Below are positions 52,405 through 61,921 of a stretch of DNA of 64,000 nucleotides, in pieces. The stretch covers positions 730-64,729 of the IMG/VR virus record IMGVR_UViG_3300047440_000490; one strand, given 5' to 3'. The position numbers and the translations under genes are program-made. The notes beneath the pieces were generated by a model that did no database searches, was not told the DNA's origin, and saw only the letters and a program-made list of their open reading frames with translations. The stretch comes from a virus. Taxonomy: Duplodnaviria > Caudoviricetes. The number at the start of each line of letters is the position of its first letter. Within the stretch, counting starts at the first letter, position 1.

Positions 52405-53180
52405 CGGGAAACCTCTTCGGAATACTCATATTCGGCCGCAGCACAGAAAAACGAACAGGAAAACCCCGGCTCCGCCCCCATATCCCCGAGCCCTTCAGGC
52501 AGTTCCCGCAGTGACATTCGCTCCTCTTTCCGCGGACCACTTCGAAATCGCAGGAAATACGCCCCCGGCCCGATCGATTCCTGAATCACGGCGATTTCCT
52601 CGAACTCCGCCGGAAAGTGATGCCGGATCCACTGCCAGTACGCCTGACCGCCTTTCGGACACCCGATGCAGTTGGCGTTGTCGAAGCCCAGCCGGTACAT
52701 CCGGGGAATTTCAATGCCAGCCCTGAGCACCATCGTCAAGCAATCGTTTTTGCTCAATCCTCGCTCAATCAACGGCGCCTTGAACCGTTTCTCCGGAAAG
52801 TTCTTCTGAATGTCCTGAAACCGGCCATCTTCCTCCGACGTGTATCCCAGGACCACCACGTCGCCGGGCATCTGAACCGACTCGAGTACCGACCGTTTCA
52901 GAGCCTCCGAACACGGAGCTCCCCGCTGCCCTTTAATGAACTGCCGCTTCATCCAAACGTTCTTCGTCGACGCGCCGTACTTCCGATCCCGAAGAACGCT
53001 TACCGGGTGGCCGAACCACTTCTCGCAATCCGCCAGGAACCGACGATTATCCGCCTCCTCCTCGACGACGAACGCGTTCACGATCAATACCCGCTCGGCC
53101 CCGAATTCCGCCAGCGTCAGTTTCGTCGCTACCGCCGATGCCGCACCGCAGCTAAACTGACATACGTACCTCGTCTCCAT
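52401..53180 (-). CDS. PAPS-reductase-like (PP-loop) phage protein
   Basis: QFSCGAASAV, APCS..LK, GYT.EE..R, PLIE and P.MY.LGF..ANC.GC.KGG..YW motifs. Confidence 0.85.
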   Translation of the reverse strand: METRYVCQFSCGAASAVATKLTLAEFGAERVLIVNAFVVEEEADNRRFLADCEKWFGHPVSVLRDRKYGASTKNVWMKRQFIKGQRGAPCSEALKRSVLESVQMPGDVVVLGYTSEEDGRFQDIQKNFPEKRFKAPLIERGLSKNDCLTMVLRAGIEIPRMYRLGFDNANCIGCPKGGQAYWQWIRHHFPAEFEEIAVIQESIGPGAYFLRFRSGPRKEERMSLRELPEGLGDMGAEPGFSCSFFCAAAEYEYSEEVSR

Positions 53181-53437
53181 CACCGCGGACTCCTCTTCAA
53201 CTGCCAGTCCGACTTCCGCAACCCCGCCTTCACCGCTCGCTTCGCATCCCGGAACTTCAACAACACCACCCTCGTCGGCGCATGGTTGCACAGTTCGATG
53301 TTCTTCACCGTGCTCGCGTGCACTCCCATCAACTCCGCCACGTCTTCTCGCGACAATAAGTTCGTCTTCCGAAATCGCTTCATTTGCGCCGAAAATCGCC
53401 TCTTTTCGCGATTCGTTTCCAAAATTCCTACTGACAT
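53180..53437 (-). CDS. XRE HTH regulator
   Basis: LSREDVAELMGVHASTVKNIE...P. Confidence 0.85.
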   Translation of the reverse strand: MSVGILETNREKRRFSAQMKRFRKTNLLSREDVAELMGVHASTVKNIELCNHAPTRVVLLKFRDAKRAVKAGLRKSDWQLKRSPR

Positions 53438-53701
53438 CGTGGCGTCACTCTACTTTTTTTTTGGAGTTTTGAAAACCTCTTTGTCTTCACTTTGTCCGAT
53501 TTATTTTTTTGTAATTTGTGAATCAAGACGTGAAAGGCGTCGACGCCGGCGCGCCGCGGCCAGGTCCGGACAACTCGAAAATGCCCGGATCTGGGCAAAA
53601 CTTGGGATTTCTCCGGTCTCTGATGGCAGGAAGACGGCGTCAAGAGCTCCGTTATGATCTCGGCCGCGCGCAAGTCGAATGATTGCGTTACTTACAATTC
53701 A

Positions 53702-53729
53702 ATGTCGTATAACGGTTGTTATGGTGCGG
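53702..53729 (+). other. dif/cer-like XerC/D recombination site
   Basis: ATGTCGTATAA-CGGTTG-TTATGGTGCGG has the 11-6-11 layout with inner ATAA/TTAT. Confidence 0.6.
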
Positions 53730-54244
53730 AATCCGATGACTACCTAAGACGTTGAAAACGCTGAAATGCGGGATTTTCGGCCAGCTCTGATCCGGTATCG
53801 GCAACTCTCTCTCACGGCTTGACAGTACCACATGCTGTCTTTCTCTCTCAATCAAGAGTGTACAGACGGGAAAGCTTCGCGTGTCTTCCTTCCTTCGGAA
53901 GACTGGTTTATGGAAGGGCTCGTTTCGCTATCGCTGCACTTCGGCCTGTCGGCAACGTGGTAAGGGAAAGAGATATACATCAGGGATCCGGGGATTGATC
54001 CGGGGATGACTGAGAACAGAGAGACAAAAGGGCTTGACGTAGATTGTCATTTTCGATGCGAAAACATGTCACTTGGAAATGCCAGGCGTAAAGGCCGGCG
54101 ATGATTGGATTTAACCCGTAAACGTTGAGGTAAACGCGTGTAAACGAGTGACAGGAAGTGTCAAAACGGGATCAGAGGGAAAATGGATCTCGTTGATATT
54201 GCAGGGAGTTACGCATTGGCCGGGCCCGTGCTTTACCAGAGTGC

Positions 54245-54490
54245 ATGGGAACACGATACAGACGGGATGATGTCAGGCGGTGCGAGTGTGAAGATCCGGG
54301 ATGCTGGGAACACGCCGAGCAGTATCGGTGCACCAACAAAGCGATTGGGACAGCATCATCGGACGATGATCAATGGTCTGTCGACATGTGCGCAGAATGC
54401 GCAGCAAGCGATATCACGGGCTTAGAGCTGGGCCCGGTCACTTGGGAATTATTCGAAGCATTCGAGGGAGGAAACGACGATGTTAAGTAA
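54245..54490 (+). CDS. Hypothetical Cys-rich protein
   Basis: CECE..GC..H....C...MC.ECA. Confidence 0.55.
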   Translation: MGTRYRRDDVRRCECEDPGCWEHAEQYRCTNKAIGTASSDDDQWSVDMCAECAASDITGLELGPVTWELFEAFEGGNDDVK

Positions 54491-54673
54491 TGCGGAACAG
54501 ACTTGGGTTTTGCTGATGACAGAGACCAATAAGCAGATTTTCAGCAAGTCGACAGTGAAGCCGGTTTTCGGCCGAGTTGTGGCCATAACAGTGAATTCGA
54601 CGGATGCGACAGCGAAGGCCTTGCAGGTTGCCGAAGTACCTGTTCGTCTGGTTTGTTCCAATGGTGGCCGATC

Positions 54674-54847
54674 ATGAAAACGCGCGAACAGATCGAGACG
54701 GAACTGGCAAAGCTTCGGGCCCGTTTGGAAGCGGATGATTTTGACGGCGCCGAAGATAACGATGAACCAGACTGGGCCGATACCTCGAACCGGATAACAG
54801 CTCTGGAATGGATTCTCGGGATCAGCGACGACAGTGAGGGCTTGTGA
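54674..54847 (+). CDS. Hypothetical protein
   Basis: MKTREQIE...ALEWILG pattern. Confidence 0.6.
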   Translation: MKTREQIETELAKLRARLEADDFDGAEDNDEPDWADTSNRITALEWILGISDDSEGL

Positions 54848-55025
54848 CGTTCGGACAGAAGTTAACACTCGGCTTCGGGCTCGTTGTTCTGATCTGGTTT
54901 GCCGCGCTGGTGATGGTATACGGCCGCTAACACGGCGCCCGAGGGCTCGAAACCCTCGCAGCGAATCCGGAAACGTCATGATGACGCAATCCGGTATCAC
55001 GTTCGGAAAAAGGGAGAATACTCAC

Positions 55026-55874
55026 ATGTTTAACTCAACTGCTCATAACTTCACAACAGGCGCCGCCATTCGACGCAATACGCCATTGTCCTTGGATGAC
55101 ATTCGACGCGCGGCGCCGTCTGCATTCGCGACAGAGGCCTATCATGATCGATCCAACAGGTACGCTTACATTCCCACTTCGGCCGTCATCGAGGGAATGA
55201 TGTCGAATGGCTTTATGCCGTTTCAAGCTTCCCAGTCTCGTACGAAAATCGAGGATAAACGCGAGCACACAAAGCACATGATCCGGTTTCGCGCGCCTAA
55301 CGCTTCGCTCGTTGTTGGCGATTCGTTCCCTGAGATTGTCCTGATCAACTCGCACGACGGATCCAGCGCTTATAAGCTGATGGCCGGGATTTTCCGCCTT
55401 GTCTGCTCGAACGGGCTCGTTGTTGCGGATTCGATGATTGAGTCTATCCACGTCCGCCATAGCGGCAACATCATTGCCGAAGTTTCGCGCGGTACCGTTG
55501 AGCTCGTTGAGAACATGCCCAAGTGCATTGACGCTATCGAACGTTGGAAGGGAATCCAGCTCGACAGGGCCCAACAGACAGCGTATGCCGAAGCCGCGCA
55601 TCACGTACGCTTCGCGGACTCTGATGGCCATGTCAACACGCCGATCCGGCCCGAGCAGCTGCTAGGCTCGCGACGGTACGACGACAAAGGCCAGGATCTT
55701 TGGAGTACGTTCAATCGAGTGCAGGAAAACGTCATCAAAGGCGGCATTAGCGCTCGGGCCAACGGCGCCGCACGCCGAACAGGTATGCGCGAAGTAAAGG
55801 GCATTGATCAGGATGTGAAACTCAATCGCGCTTTGTGGATGCTGGCCGAAAAAATGGCCGAAATCCGCGGCTAA
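55026..55874 (+). CDS. DUF932/DUF945-family protein
   Basis: APSAFA...H..S.RY..IPT, KHMIRFR, NSHDGSS, FRLVCSNG, DLW..FN.VQE and LN.ALW motifs. Confidence 0.9.
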   Translation: MFNSTAHNFTTGAAIRRNTPLSLDDIRRAAPSAFATEAYHDRSNRYAYIPTSAVIEGMMSNGFMPFQASQSRTKIEDKREHTKHMIRFRAPNASLVVGDSFPEIVLINSHDGSSAYKLMAGIFRLVCSNGLVVADSMIESIHVRHSGNIIAEVSRGTVELVENMPKCIDAIERWKGIQLDRAQQTAYAEAAHHVRFADSDGHVNTPIRPEQLLGSRRYDDKGQDLWSTFNRVQENVIKGGISARANGAARRTGMREVKGIDQDVKLNRALWMLAEKMAEIRG

Positions 55875-55983
55875 CGTGGTACGGGCTCGGACTCCCTCCG
55901 GGCCCAGTTAGTGCGCAGGGCCCGGAGGATTGAGTACCCTCCGGGCTTCCCAAACTTCAATCAATCCAAGGAAGGAATACGAT

Positions 55984-56433
55984 ATGAAAAAGATAGAGCG
56001 AAACGCAATTCTGGCCGGGCTTCGATGTCTGCAGGCTGGTTTCTCAACGGGCCGGTTAACTCACGACATGTTTGACATTCTCAACGACGGTATCGACAAG
56101 CCGATTACGCTCGGCGCCATTGACACCTTGTGCGAGCAGATCAACTTCTCTGAAGTCGACTTCGAACGGCCCGATTATGGCGAATTCGAAGTGGAACGCG
56201 TACACCTGCCGATCAACGAACCAACGGCCGAAGTTTGCAAAGAGGGCACATGCGGCAATCGGCATTACTTCGCAGTGTACAAACGGGATCCGAAAAACGG
56301 GCTTGCTGACTGGCAATCGGATCATGCGACAGAGCAGCTGGCCAGAACGGCCGCGGCCGCCTATCGTAGCGGCGCCATCACACGGGCCCACGACGAAAAC
56401 ATAGCCGGGCTTGCTGCGCAGGTAGGCTACGAG
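55984..56433 (+). pseudogene. 5' part of a phage gene interrupted by IS1595
   Basis: Frame ends ...AQVGYE at the target duplication and resumes as LGAKNPR at 58858. Confidence 0.75.
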
Positions 56434-56481
56434 GGCACTTATATACTTGGGTGACCTGAGAGAACCGCGTAAACTCGTTAG

Positions 56482-56739
56482 ATGATTAACGAGAAGAACT
56501 TACGCGATGCTTTGCTTTCTCTGATTGCCGACCAGAAGTCTCAATACGTCGTGATTGCTTCTTTGATGGCTGAGCTTCACGCATTACGCGAGACGGTTCG
56601 CGGCTTAGATCCGACTTTCGCAGAGGTTTTGGAGCAGAAGAGGCGTCAGTATTCCGCAGAAAACGATTCAACTGTTCAGTCAATAATTGCTGGATACGGC
56701 GCGAAATTTGAAGCAGTGAAGAATGGCTATGTTTGCTGA
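56482..56739 (+). CDS. IS passenger hypothetical protein
   Basis: ORF inside the TIRs, lower GC. Confidence 0.6.
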   Translation: MINEKNLRDALLSLIADQKSQYVVIASLMAELHALRETVRGLDPTFAEVLEQKRRQYSAENDSTVQSIIAGYGAKFEAVKNGYVC

Positions 56740-56784
56740 GCTTCATTGCCTTGATTACATCATGGGTGTCAAGGCGCAGCTTTT

Positions 56785-57570
56785 ATGACGTCGCATCCGC
56801 TAGATGATGCAAGGCTCAAAATCGTCTGGGCTGATAAGCATCTCGAAACCTTTAAGCGAGTGGCCGGGGAGTACGTGAAAACGAAACCCAATACCATCGC
56901 TATCGAGAATACACACGAATCTTTCCAGGCCATGCTTCGAGAAGAAGCTGTCCCCGGTCCCCCTGATGATCTGCGATGTATCGCCGGGGATTGCGTTACG
57001 AATGCCCGTGCTGCCCTGGATTACATTGTCTGGGCTCTCGCTTCCAAGTACTTCTCTCCCGTCTTTGACAATGCCAACCGAAACGATAGAAGGATCACAG
57101 CCTTCCCTTTGACCCGCGATCCCACTGATAAGGGATATGCGGACAGGCTGAATTGTTTGTCGAATCGCCAAATTCCCGCAGGTGCCATTGACGAAATCAA
57201 AAGGGTTCAGCCGTTCAATGCTCGGTATGCGCCTCTCTGGAATCTCCACCAGATCGTAAACAGAGACAAGCATCGTCTCCCGGCCTTGATAGCTGGAAGG
57301 ATCACTGCAATCGGTCCTATGAGTATTTCGGCTATCAGCGACGATGGTAAGCGCGTCGATACCGCCGTAGGAATCGGGATCGCGAACGGCGTGGACATTG
57401 ATACAAGCCATCTTTCCGGCTATTTCAAAGTGCAGGTGCACACCAATGCGGCCCTCTATGTAACGTTCTCGGATCCGCCGATGCCAAGCAGGCAACCTGC
57501 GGATGTTACGCTTGAGGAGATCGTCGAATGCGTCGCGGAAGTTATTCAGGGATTCAGTAGATTTTTTTGA
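56785..57570 (+). CDS. IS passenger protein (possible HEPN-like)
   Basis: GD...N.R.ALDY, I...QP and N.DKHR motifs. Confidence 0.65.
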   Translation: MTSHPLDDARLKIVWADKHLETFKRVAGEYVKTKPNTIAIENTHESFQAMLREEAVPGPPDDLRCIAGDCVTNARAALDYIVWALASKYFSPVFDNANRNDRRITAFPLTRDPTDKGYADRLNCLSNRQIPAGAIDEIKRVQPFNARYAPLWNLHQIVNRDKHRLPALIAGRITAIGPMSISAISDDGKRVDTAVGIGIANGVDIDTSHLSGYFKVQVHTNAALYVTFSDPPMPSRQPADVTLEEIVECVAEVIQGFSRFF

Positions 57571-57629
57571 AGACACTCCCACCTTTCCGCCTCACCGTGA
57601 TAGTGTGAGGACGGTAGTGGAAAGCGATT

Positions 57630-57773
57630 ATGGGCAGTAAACCGCGAGAAATGGTCGAGGGCCGGGAAGCATTCAACCGTTTCCGCAATGCGCTTAAAGC
57701 TGCACTATCTGTGCCGAAAGAAAACCTGTCACCACGAACGAAGAAGCAAGCGAAGAAGAAATCGAAATCCTAG
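57630..57773 (+). CDS. Small basic IS passenger protein (47 aa, not in ORF track)
   Basis: MGSKPREMVEGREAFNRFRNALKAALSVPKENLSPRTKKQAKKKSKS, convergent with the transposase. Confidence 0.6.
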   Translation: MGSKPREMVEGREAFNRFRNALKAALSVPKENLSPRTKKQAKKKSKS

Positions 57774-57806
57774 TTTCGTTTCCCTCTTCCTTGCCGCTTT
57801 GCTTCC

Positions 57807-58799
57807 TTAGGCGTTAGTTTCCGGACTAGCATTCTCCTCTTTTCCTGTCAGTGCCTTGTATGTCAGACGTTTTCCAATGACGCCTGTTAACGCCGACAAG
57901 AAACGATCCGCGTCATTTCCTTCGCGAGTATTGAAACGAAATGCCTGTTCGTCAATGTAACGAAACGCATGGAACGGCTCAATCGAAATGTAGGTGCCTT
58001 TGATTCCACGTTTGAACAGGGACCAGAAGTTTTCGATTCCGTTCGTATGAACCGCACCATCCACGTAGTATTCCGCGTGCCTCACAAAGGCGTGCTGGAA
58101 GCCATTATCGGCAAGGTGTTTGTAGGAACCGTGTTCGTCCGTATAGATGCTGGTTCCCGGTTCCACCGTGGTCTTGATGATTGCATTCACAGTCTCTTTC
58201 CATTGGTCCGGAACCACATGAGCACGAACCTTGGATTTACCCTTTTCAGTGTGTCGGGCCAGTAACCCGAAGATCGCCGTTTTGCCAGAACCACCACCAC
58301 GGTATTTCTTGGCCCGTTTGTCGGCGTGCATGTTCTTCGCGAGTCCGCCAATATAGGTTTCGTCCACCTCGACCGTTTCGCCTTCGCCGCCGATCTTCTC
58401 AAACGTGCCCTGCTGGATCGCTTCGCGGATACGATGATCCATAAACCATGCCGTCTTTTGCGTCACCTTCAAATCACGGGCCATCTCGCAGGAAGAGATA
58501 CCATTCTTGCAGTTCACGACCAGCCAGAACGCCATGAGCCATTTATCCAGGCCGATAGGTGAATCCTCGAAGATCGTTCCGACTTTGAGGGAGAACTTCG
58601 GGCGGTCGTGCCTTGCGTAGCACTTCCAGACACGCGCATTTTCCAGATAGGTCACTTCGTCGCTTCCACATCGCGGACAGATCACCTTGCCGTCGGGCCA
58701 GCGCAAATCCATCAAGAGTTTGTGGCAGTTCTGGTAATCGGCGAAATAGACCGTAGCCTGTTGAAGCGATTCGGGAAACTTTGCAGTGTTCTTAGCCAT
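57807..58799 (-). CDS. IS1595-family DDE transposase
   Basis: RWP...CP.CG Zn ribbon, VEVDETYIGG, YTDE, HTNGIENFWS..KR and FR.N motifs. Confidence 0.95.
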   Translation of the reverse strand: MAKNTAKFPESLQQATVYFADYQNCHKLLMDLRWPDGKVICPRCGSDEVTYLENARVWKCYARHDRPKFSLKVGTIFEDSPIGLDKWLMAFWLVVNCKNGISSCEMARDLKVTQKTAWFMDHRIREAIQQGTFEKIGGEGETVEVDETYIGGLAKNMHADKRAKKYRGGGSGKTAIFGLLARHTEKGKSKVRAHVVPDQWKETVNAIIKTTVEPGTSIYTDEHGSYKHLADNGFQHAFVRHAEYYVDGAVHTNGIENFWSLFKRGIKGTYISIEPFHAFRYIDEQAFRFNTREGNDADRFLSALTGVIGKRLTYKALTGKEENASPETNA

Positions 58800-58848
58800 G
58801 AATAGCACTTTACCAAATCAAGAATGGTCTGTCAAGTATATAAGTGCC

Positions 58849-59124
58849 GGCTACGAGCTCGGCGCCAAAAATCCCAGAGCCCTCAAAGCGCGCGAAATAA
58901 TGTCACATGGTGATGGCTGGGCCGGATTCATACAAGGCCTTTTCGAATGTGCCAACGTGCTTACTGAAGTGGAAGGCGTATACCTGAATTTCGACTGGTA
59001 CGACACCATTGACGCGTTGACAGAGGCCTTTATTGCCGATCCTTCCCAGAGCCGTTCGGCATGGAAGGAAACGATCGCACGTCTGCGCGCAACGTTGGAC
59101 ACCAAAGCCAAGGAAACCAGATAA
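58849..59124 (+). pseudogene. 3' part of the interrupted phage gene
   Basis: In-frame continuation GYE-LGAKNPR...ETR*. Confidence 0.75.
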
Positions 59125-59182
59125 CGATGGGCCCGGCCGTTAGGGCCAGGGCTCGCACAACTTCAAATCAAAAGGGGAACAT

Positions 59183-59563
59183 ATGCCAAACGATGAAACG
59201 TCCAACAAAATGCCCGACAATTTCGACAGACTGCTAGGCGCCTTGCATGGCTTACCGGATGTTGTTTCGACGCGCGAGTCTGTCCTACGCGTGGTACCAC
59301 CTTTAGGTGTCGGTGGATCCCAGACTTTCATAGTCCAGACTTACCGGCAAAAGGATCAAGGCGATACCATTTTCCTTGAGTGCGTTGATCAATCGGGAAC
59401 TGTCCGAATAGTACTCCCTGAGAAAGTGGCGGCCGTGATCGCACGCCAGCGGGATCAGCTGTCAGCCAAGTCTCGAAGCAAGTCCGCGAAACTCGTTGCG
59501 CAGGATCGTAAGGATCGTGGCGAATTGCCGGGCTTCATGAAGTACAAGAACAAAAAACGCTAA
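59183..59563 (+). CDS. Hypothetical protein
   Basis: AAGGGG SD. Confidence 0.75.
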   Translation: MPNDETSNKMPDNFDRLLGALHGLPDVVSTRESVLRVVPPLGVGGSQTFIVQTYRQKDQGDTIFLECVDQSGTVRIVLPEKVAAVIARQRDQLSAKSRSKSAKLVAQDRKDRGELPGFMKYKNKKR

Positions 59564-59625
59564 CGGCCGGCGGCCGGGCTCGTTAGGGCCCGGTCTCACA
59601 TCATCACGAATAAAAGGGAGTATTT

Positions 59626-61206
59626 ATGCAAACCACAGAACTGTCCAAAGCCCAGGCAACAACGGAAGTAACAGACGGCCGCCAAAACCTGCGAATGTCG
59701 AGGGATTTCAAGTTTCCGCCAACATGGCGCGCGCGGCCGGGCTCGTATCTCAGGATTAAGCCGGATGGTACCGTTTCGTACCAGAATCCCAACTGCCTGA
59801 AGGATGCGGCGCCGGGCTCGAAGCCGTTTCGCTTACCTGCCATGAATCCGCGCAACGACGGCGCCGCGGCAACGTTCGAACGTCTGAAAGATGCCATCGT
59901 GAAACGCGCGGCAAAGGATCGCGCGCAAAATAACGCGCGCTGGATCGGCCGGCCGGTGCAATTCGGTTACTACATTGCAGCGACAGACGGGCCCACGTGC
60001 CTATTAGGCAAGGGGCCAGGATCCGGAGAACCCTCGACAGCATTCGAGACGACTTTCAACAACTCGAAACTTGTCTGCTCAATTACGGATCCGGAATTCC
60101 ATCACGTGGTAAAGCGCGCGCTGGTAATGGCTGGGCCCTCAGACAAAATCCAGCTTGTCTGCTCGTTGAATCCGCAAGGCGTGATGACGTTGAAGATCGC
60201 GAGCTCGGACGATAGCGGCAGCTTCTGTGAAGCCCTCGCGAGCAATAGCGCGACGTCATGGCATGCGGCCGTAAATGGGAAGTACTTAGAGCAGCTGTGC
60301 GGCGCATGGCCTTTACACGTCTGGTATCAGGGCCCGGCGCATGCCCTGATGTTCGAACCGGCCGAAGGGGAATTTCGTTACATTGTGATGCCATTCAAAG
60401 ACACCTTGACGGATCCCGAGCGCGCCGACATTGAGTCTGTCGATTACGGGCCGGTCTCAGCTGATCCGGATCCGATTCCGGAAACTACAGCAACTGTCGA
60501 AACCAACGAACCGAAGGGAGAAATTATGTCGAATAAGATCCCATGCCCACAATGCGGCAGCCAGGATACCAGCTACTACGATGGGGCCCTTGGTTACGAA
60601 GCCGTGCGGTGTAACGCGTGCAACGAAGAGACGGATCTGAACAACGATCATGCGCATAATCCGCGGCCGGATCGGCCAGCCGCGGCGCCGCCGGAGGGAT
60701 CCGAAGCGTACAAGCTGGCCTATGTGAAGCACGGCGCCGCGGCCAAAGTGTATCGGGAAGCCTGCAAGAAGTACCGCGCGAAGCTGATCGGTGATCGCGA
60801 GTTTATCGCAGCTCGCACGGCCTACGATGCCGAAGCCCTCGAATTCGACAAAGCGCTGGAAGCCGAGCAGAACAAACCAGCGCCGGAAAAACCGGCGCCG
60901 CCGGCCGTGGATCCGGGCCCAGGGTATACGCGTATGGTGATCGGTGAAACGATAAGCGCCGATCAGGTTAGGGCCGTGGCCAGCGAAATGCAAAACCATT
61001 TGCTGGGATGCTCGGCGCCGATCGGCGCGCGCGTGCTGGCCGAAGAAGCCGGCAACATGGTCGTGATGACAATCGAATTCCGAACGCTGGCCGACGCGCT
61101 CGCGTATACGTCGACGCGCTGGTATCGCGATTTCGTCGAGAAAATCAATCATCTGCTCGTTGGCAATCTGGTTCACAAGGTTTTCCAAAACAAGGGGGGA
61201 TTATGA
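59626..61206 (+). CDS. Protein with a sliding-clamp-like domain plus Zn-finger/helical C-terminal half
   Basis: AATDG and VN.KYL...F.YIVMP match beta-clamp patterns. Internal SD+ATG at 60526. Confidence 0.6.
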   Translation: MQTTELSKAQATTEVTDGRQNLRMSRDFKFPPTWRARPGSYLRIKPDGTVSYQNPNCLKDAAPGSKPFRLPAMNPRNDGAAATFERLKDAIVKRAAKDRAQNNARWIGRPVQFGYYIAATDGPTCLLGKGPGSGEPSTAFETTFNNSKLVCSITDPEFHHVVKRALVMAGPSDKIQLVCSLNPQGVMTLKIASSDDSGSFCEALASNSATSWHAAVNGKYLEQLCGAWPLHVWYQGPAHALMFEPAEGEFRYIVMPFKDTLTDPERADIESVDYGPVSADPDPIPETTATVETNEPKGEIMSNKIPCPQCGSQDTSYYDGALGYEAVRCNACNEETDLNNDHAHNPRPDRPAAAPPEGSEAYKLAYVKHGAAAKVYREACKKYRAKLIGDREFIAARTAYDAEALEFDKALEAEQNKPAPEKPAPPAVDPGPGYTRMVIGETISADQVRAVASEMQNHLLGCSAPIGARVLAEEAGNMVVMTIEFRTLADALAYTSTRWYRDFVEKINHLLVGNLVHKVFQNKGGL

Positions 61207-61547
61207 AGTCAGCAAAAGCGCAGAAGCATACGCACAATTGCGGACAGACGGGCCCGGCCGGCGTGCTGGGGCCCGTCTGCAAAAAAGACTGCGAATGCTG
61301 GTGCCATCTCGTGAAATTCATGGTGATCAGCTACGACAATGACCAACAGGTTCCCTATGCTGATGCCGTGATGGCAGCCGGCCCAGAGCAAGCGCGCGCA
61401 ATTATCGATGACATCCGGCCCAACTGCGTTTCGGTGATCGCGCTGGATGCTGACGATCTGCAGACATGGAAAAAGGATCTTGACGGCCGGCGCGAAACAA
61501 CAATCGTCCGCTGGATGGCAGCCAGCAAAAAGGCGGCGCAATCATGA
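61203..61547 (+). CDS. Hypothetical protein
   Basis: ATGA coupling. Confidence 0.6.
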   Translation: MKSAKAQKHTHNCGQTGPAGVLGPVCKKDCECWCHLVKFMVISYDNDQQVPYADAVMAAGPEQARAIIDDIRPNCVSVIALDADDLQTWKKDLDGRRETTIVRWMAASKKAAQS

Positions 61548-61921
61548 GCAGCTACACAACAGTCATTGAATCCAATGGCAGCAAGTGGGCCGGCCAGGCG
61601 CCGGATCACATCGAGAAACTTTACGAAGTACTTCAGTCTTACACGCTGAATCCGGTATTCGAGAAGTACGGGGATTTCTGGTTCTGGGCGCCGTCTGGCG
61701 ATCACCAGCCGGCAATGCTGAGATTCTGGGGAAACTTCTTTGAGCTCTCGCACGTGTTCTCAATCGACACCAACGATCCGTGCGTTATCGAGCAGCTGAC
61801 AACGTTGATCATTAACAACAAGTGCACGCCGGCCTATCAGGAAGCCCGGCGCCAGGTGAGAGAGGATGACGAACGCAAGGCGCGCGAGGAACAACGACTG
61901 ATGAAACGGCGCCGGGCATGA
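61544..61921 (+). CDS. Hypothetical phage protein
   Basis: SNGSKWAG..PD...L.P.FE..G.F...F.GNF..LS..F.I.T motif. Confidence 0.75.
   Translation: MSSYTTVIESNGSKWAGQAPDHIEKLYEVLQSYTLNPVFEKYGDFWFWAPSGDHQPAMLRFWGNFFELSHVFSIDTNDPCVIEQLTTLIINNKCTPAYQEARRQVREDDERKAREEQRLMKRRRA

Larger units (their letters stand above)
56434..58848 (-). mobile_element. IS1595-family element with passenger genes (2415 bp)
   Basis: Perfect 16-bp TIRs GGCACTTATATACTTG / CAAGTATATAAGTGCC. Direct repeat GGCTACGAG at 56425-56433 and 58849-58857. Confidence 0.95.

Noticed and set aside
54930-55015. Possible hammerhead ribozyme (GAAAC and TGATGA nearby)
   Set aside because: The core CTGATGA is absent (CATGATGA) and the stems do not fit the three-way junction.
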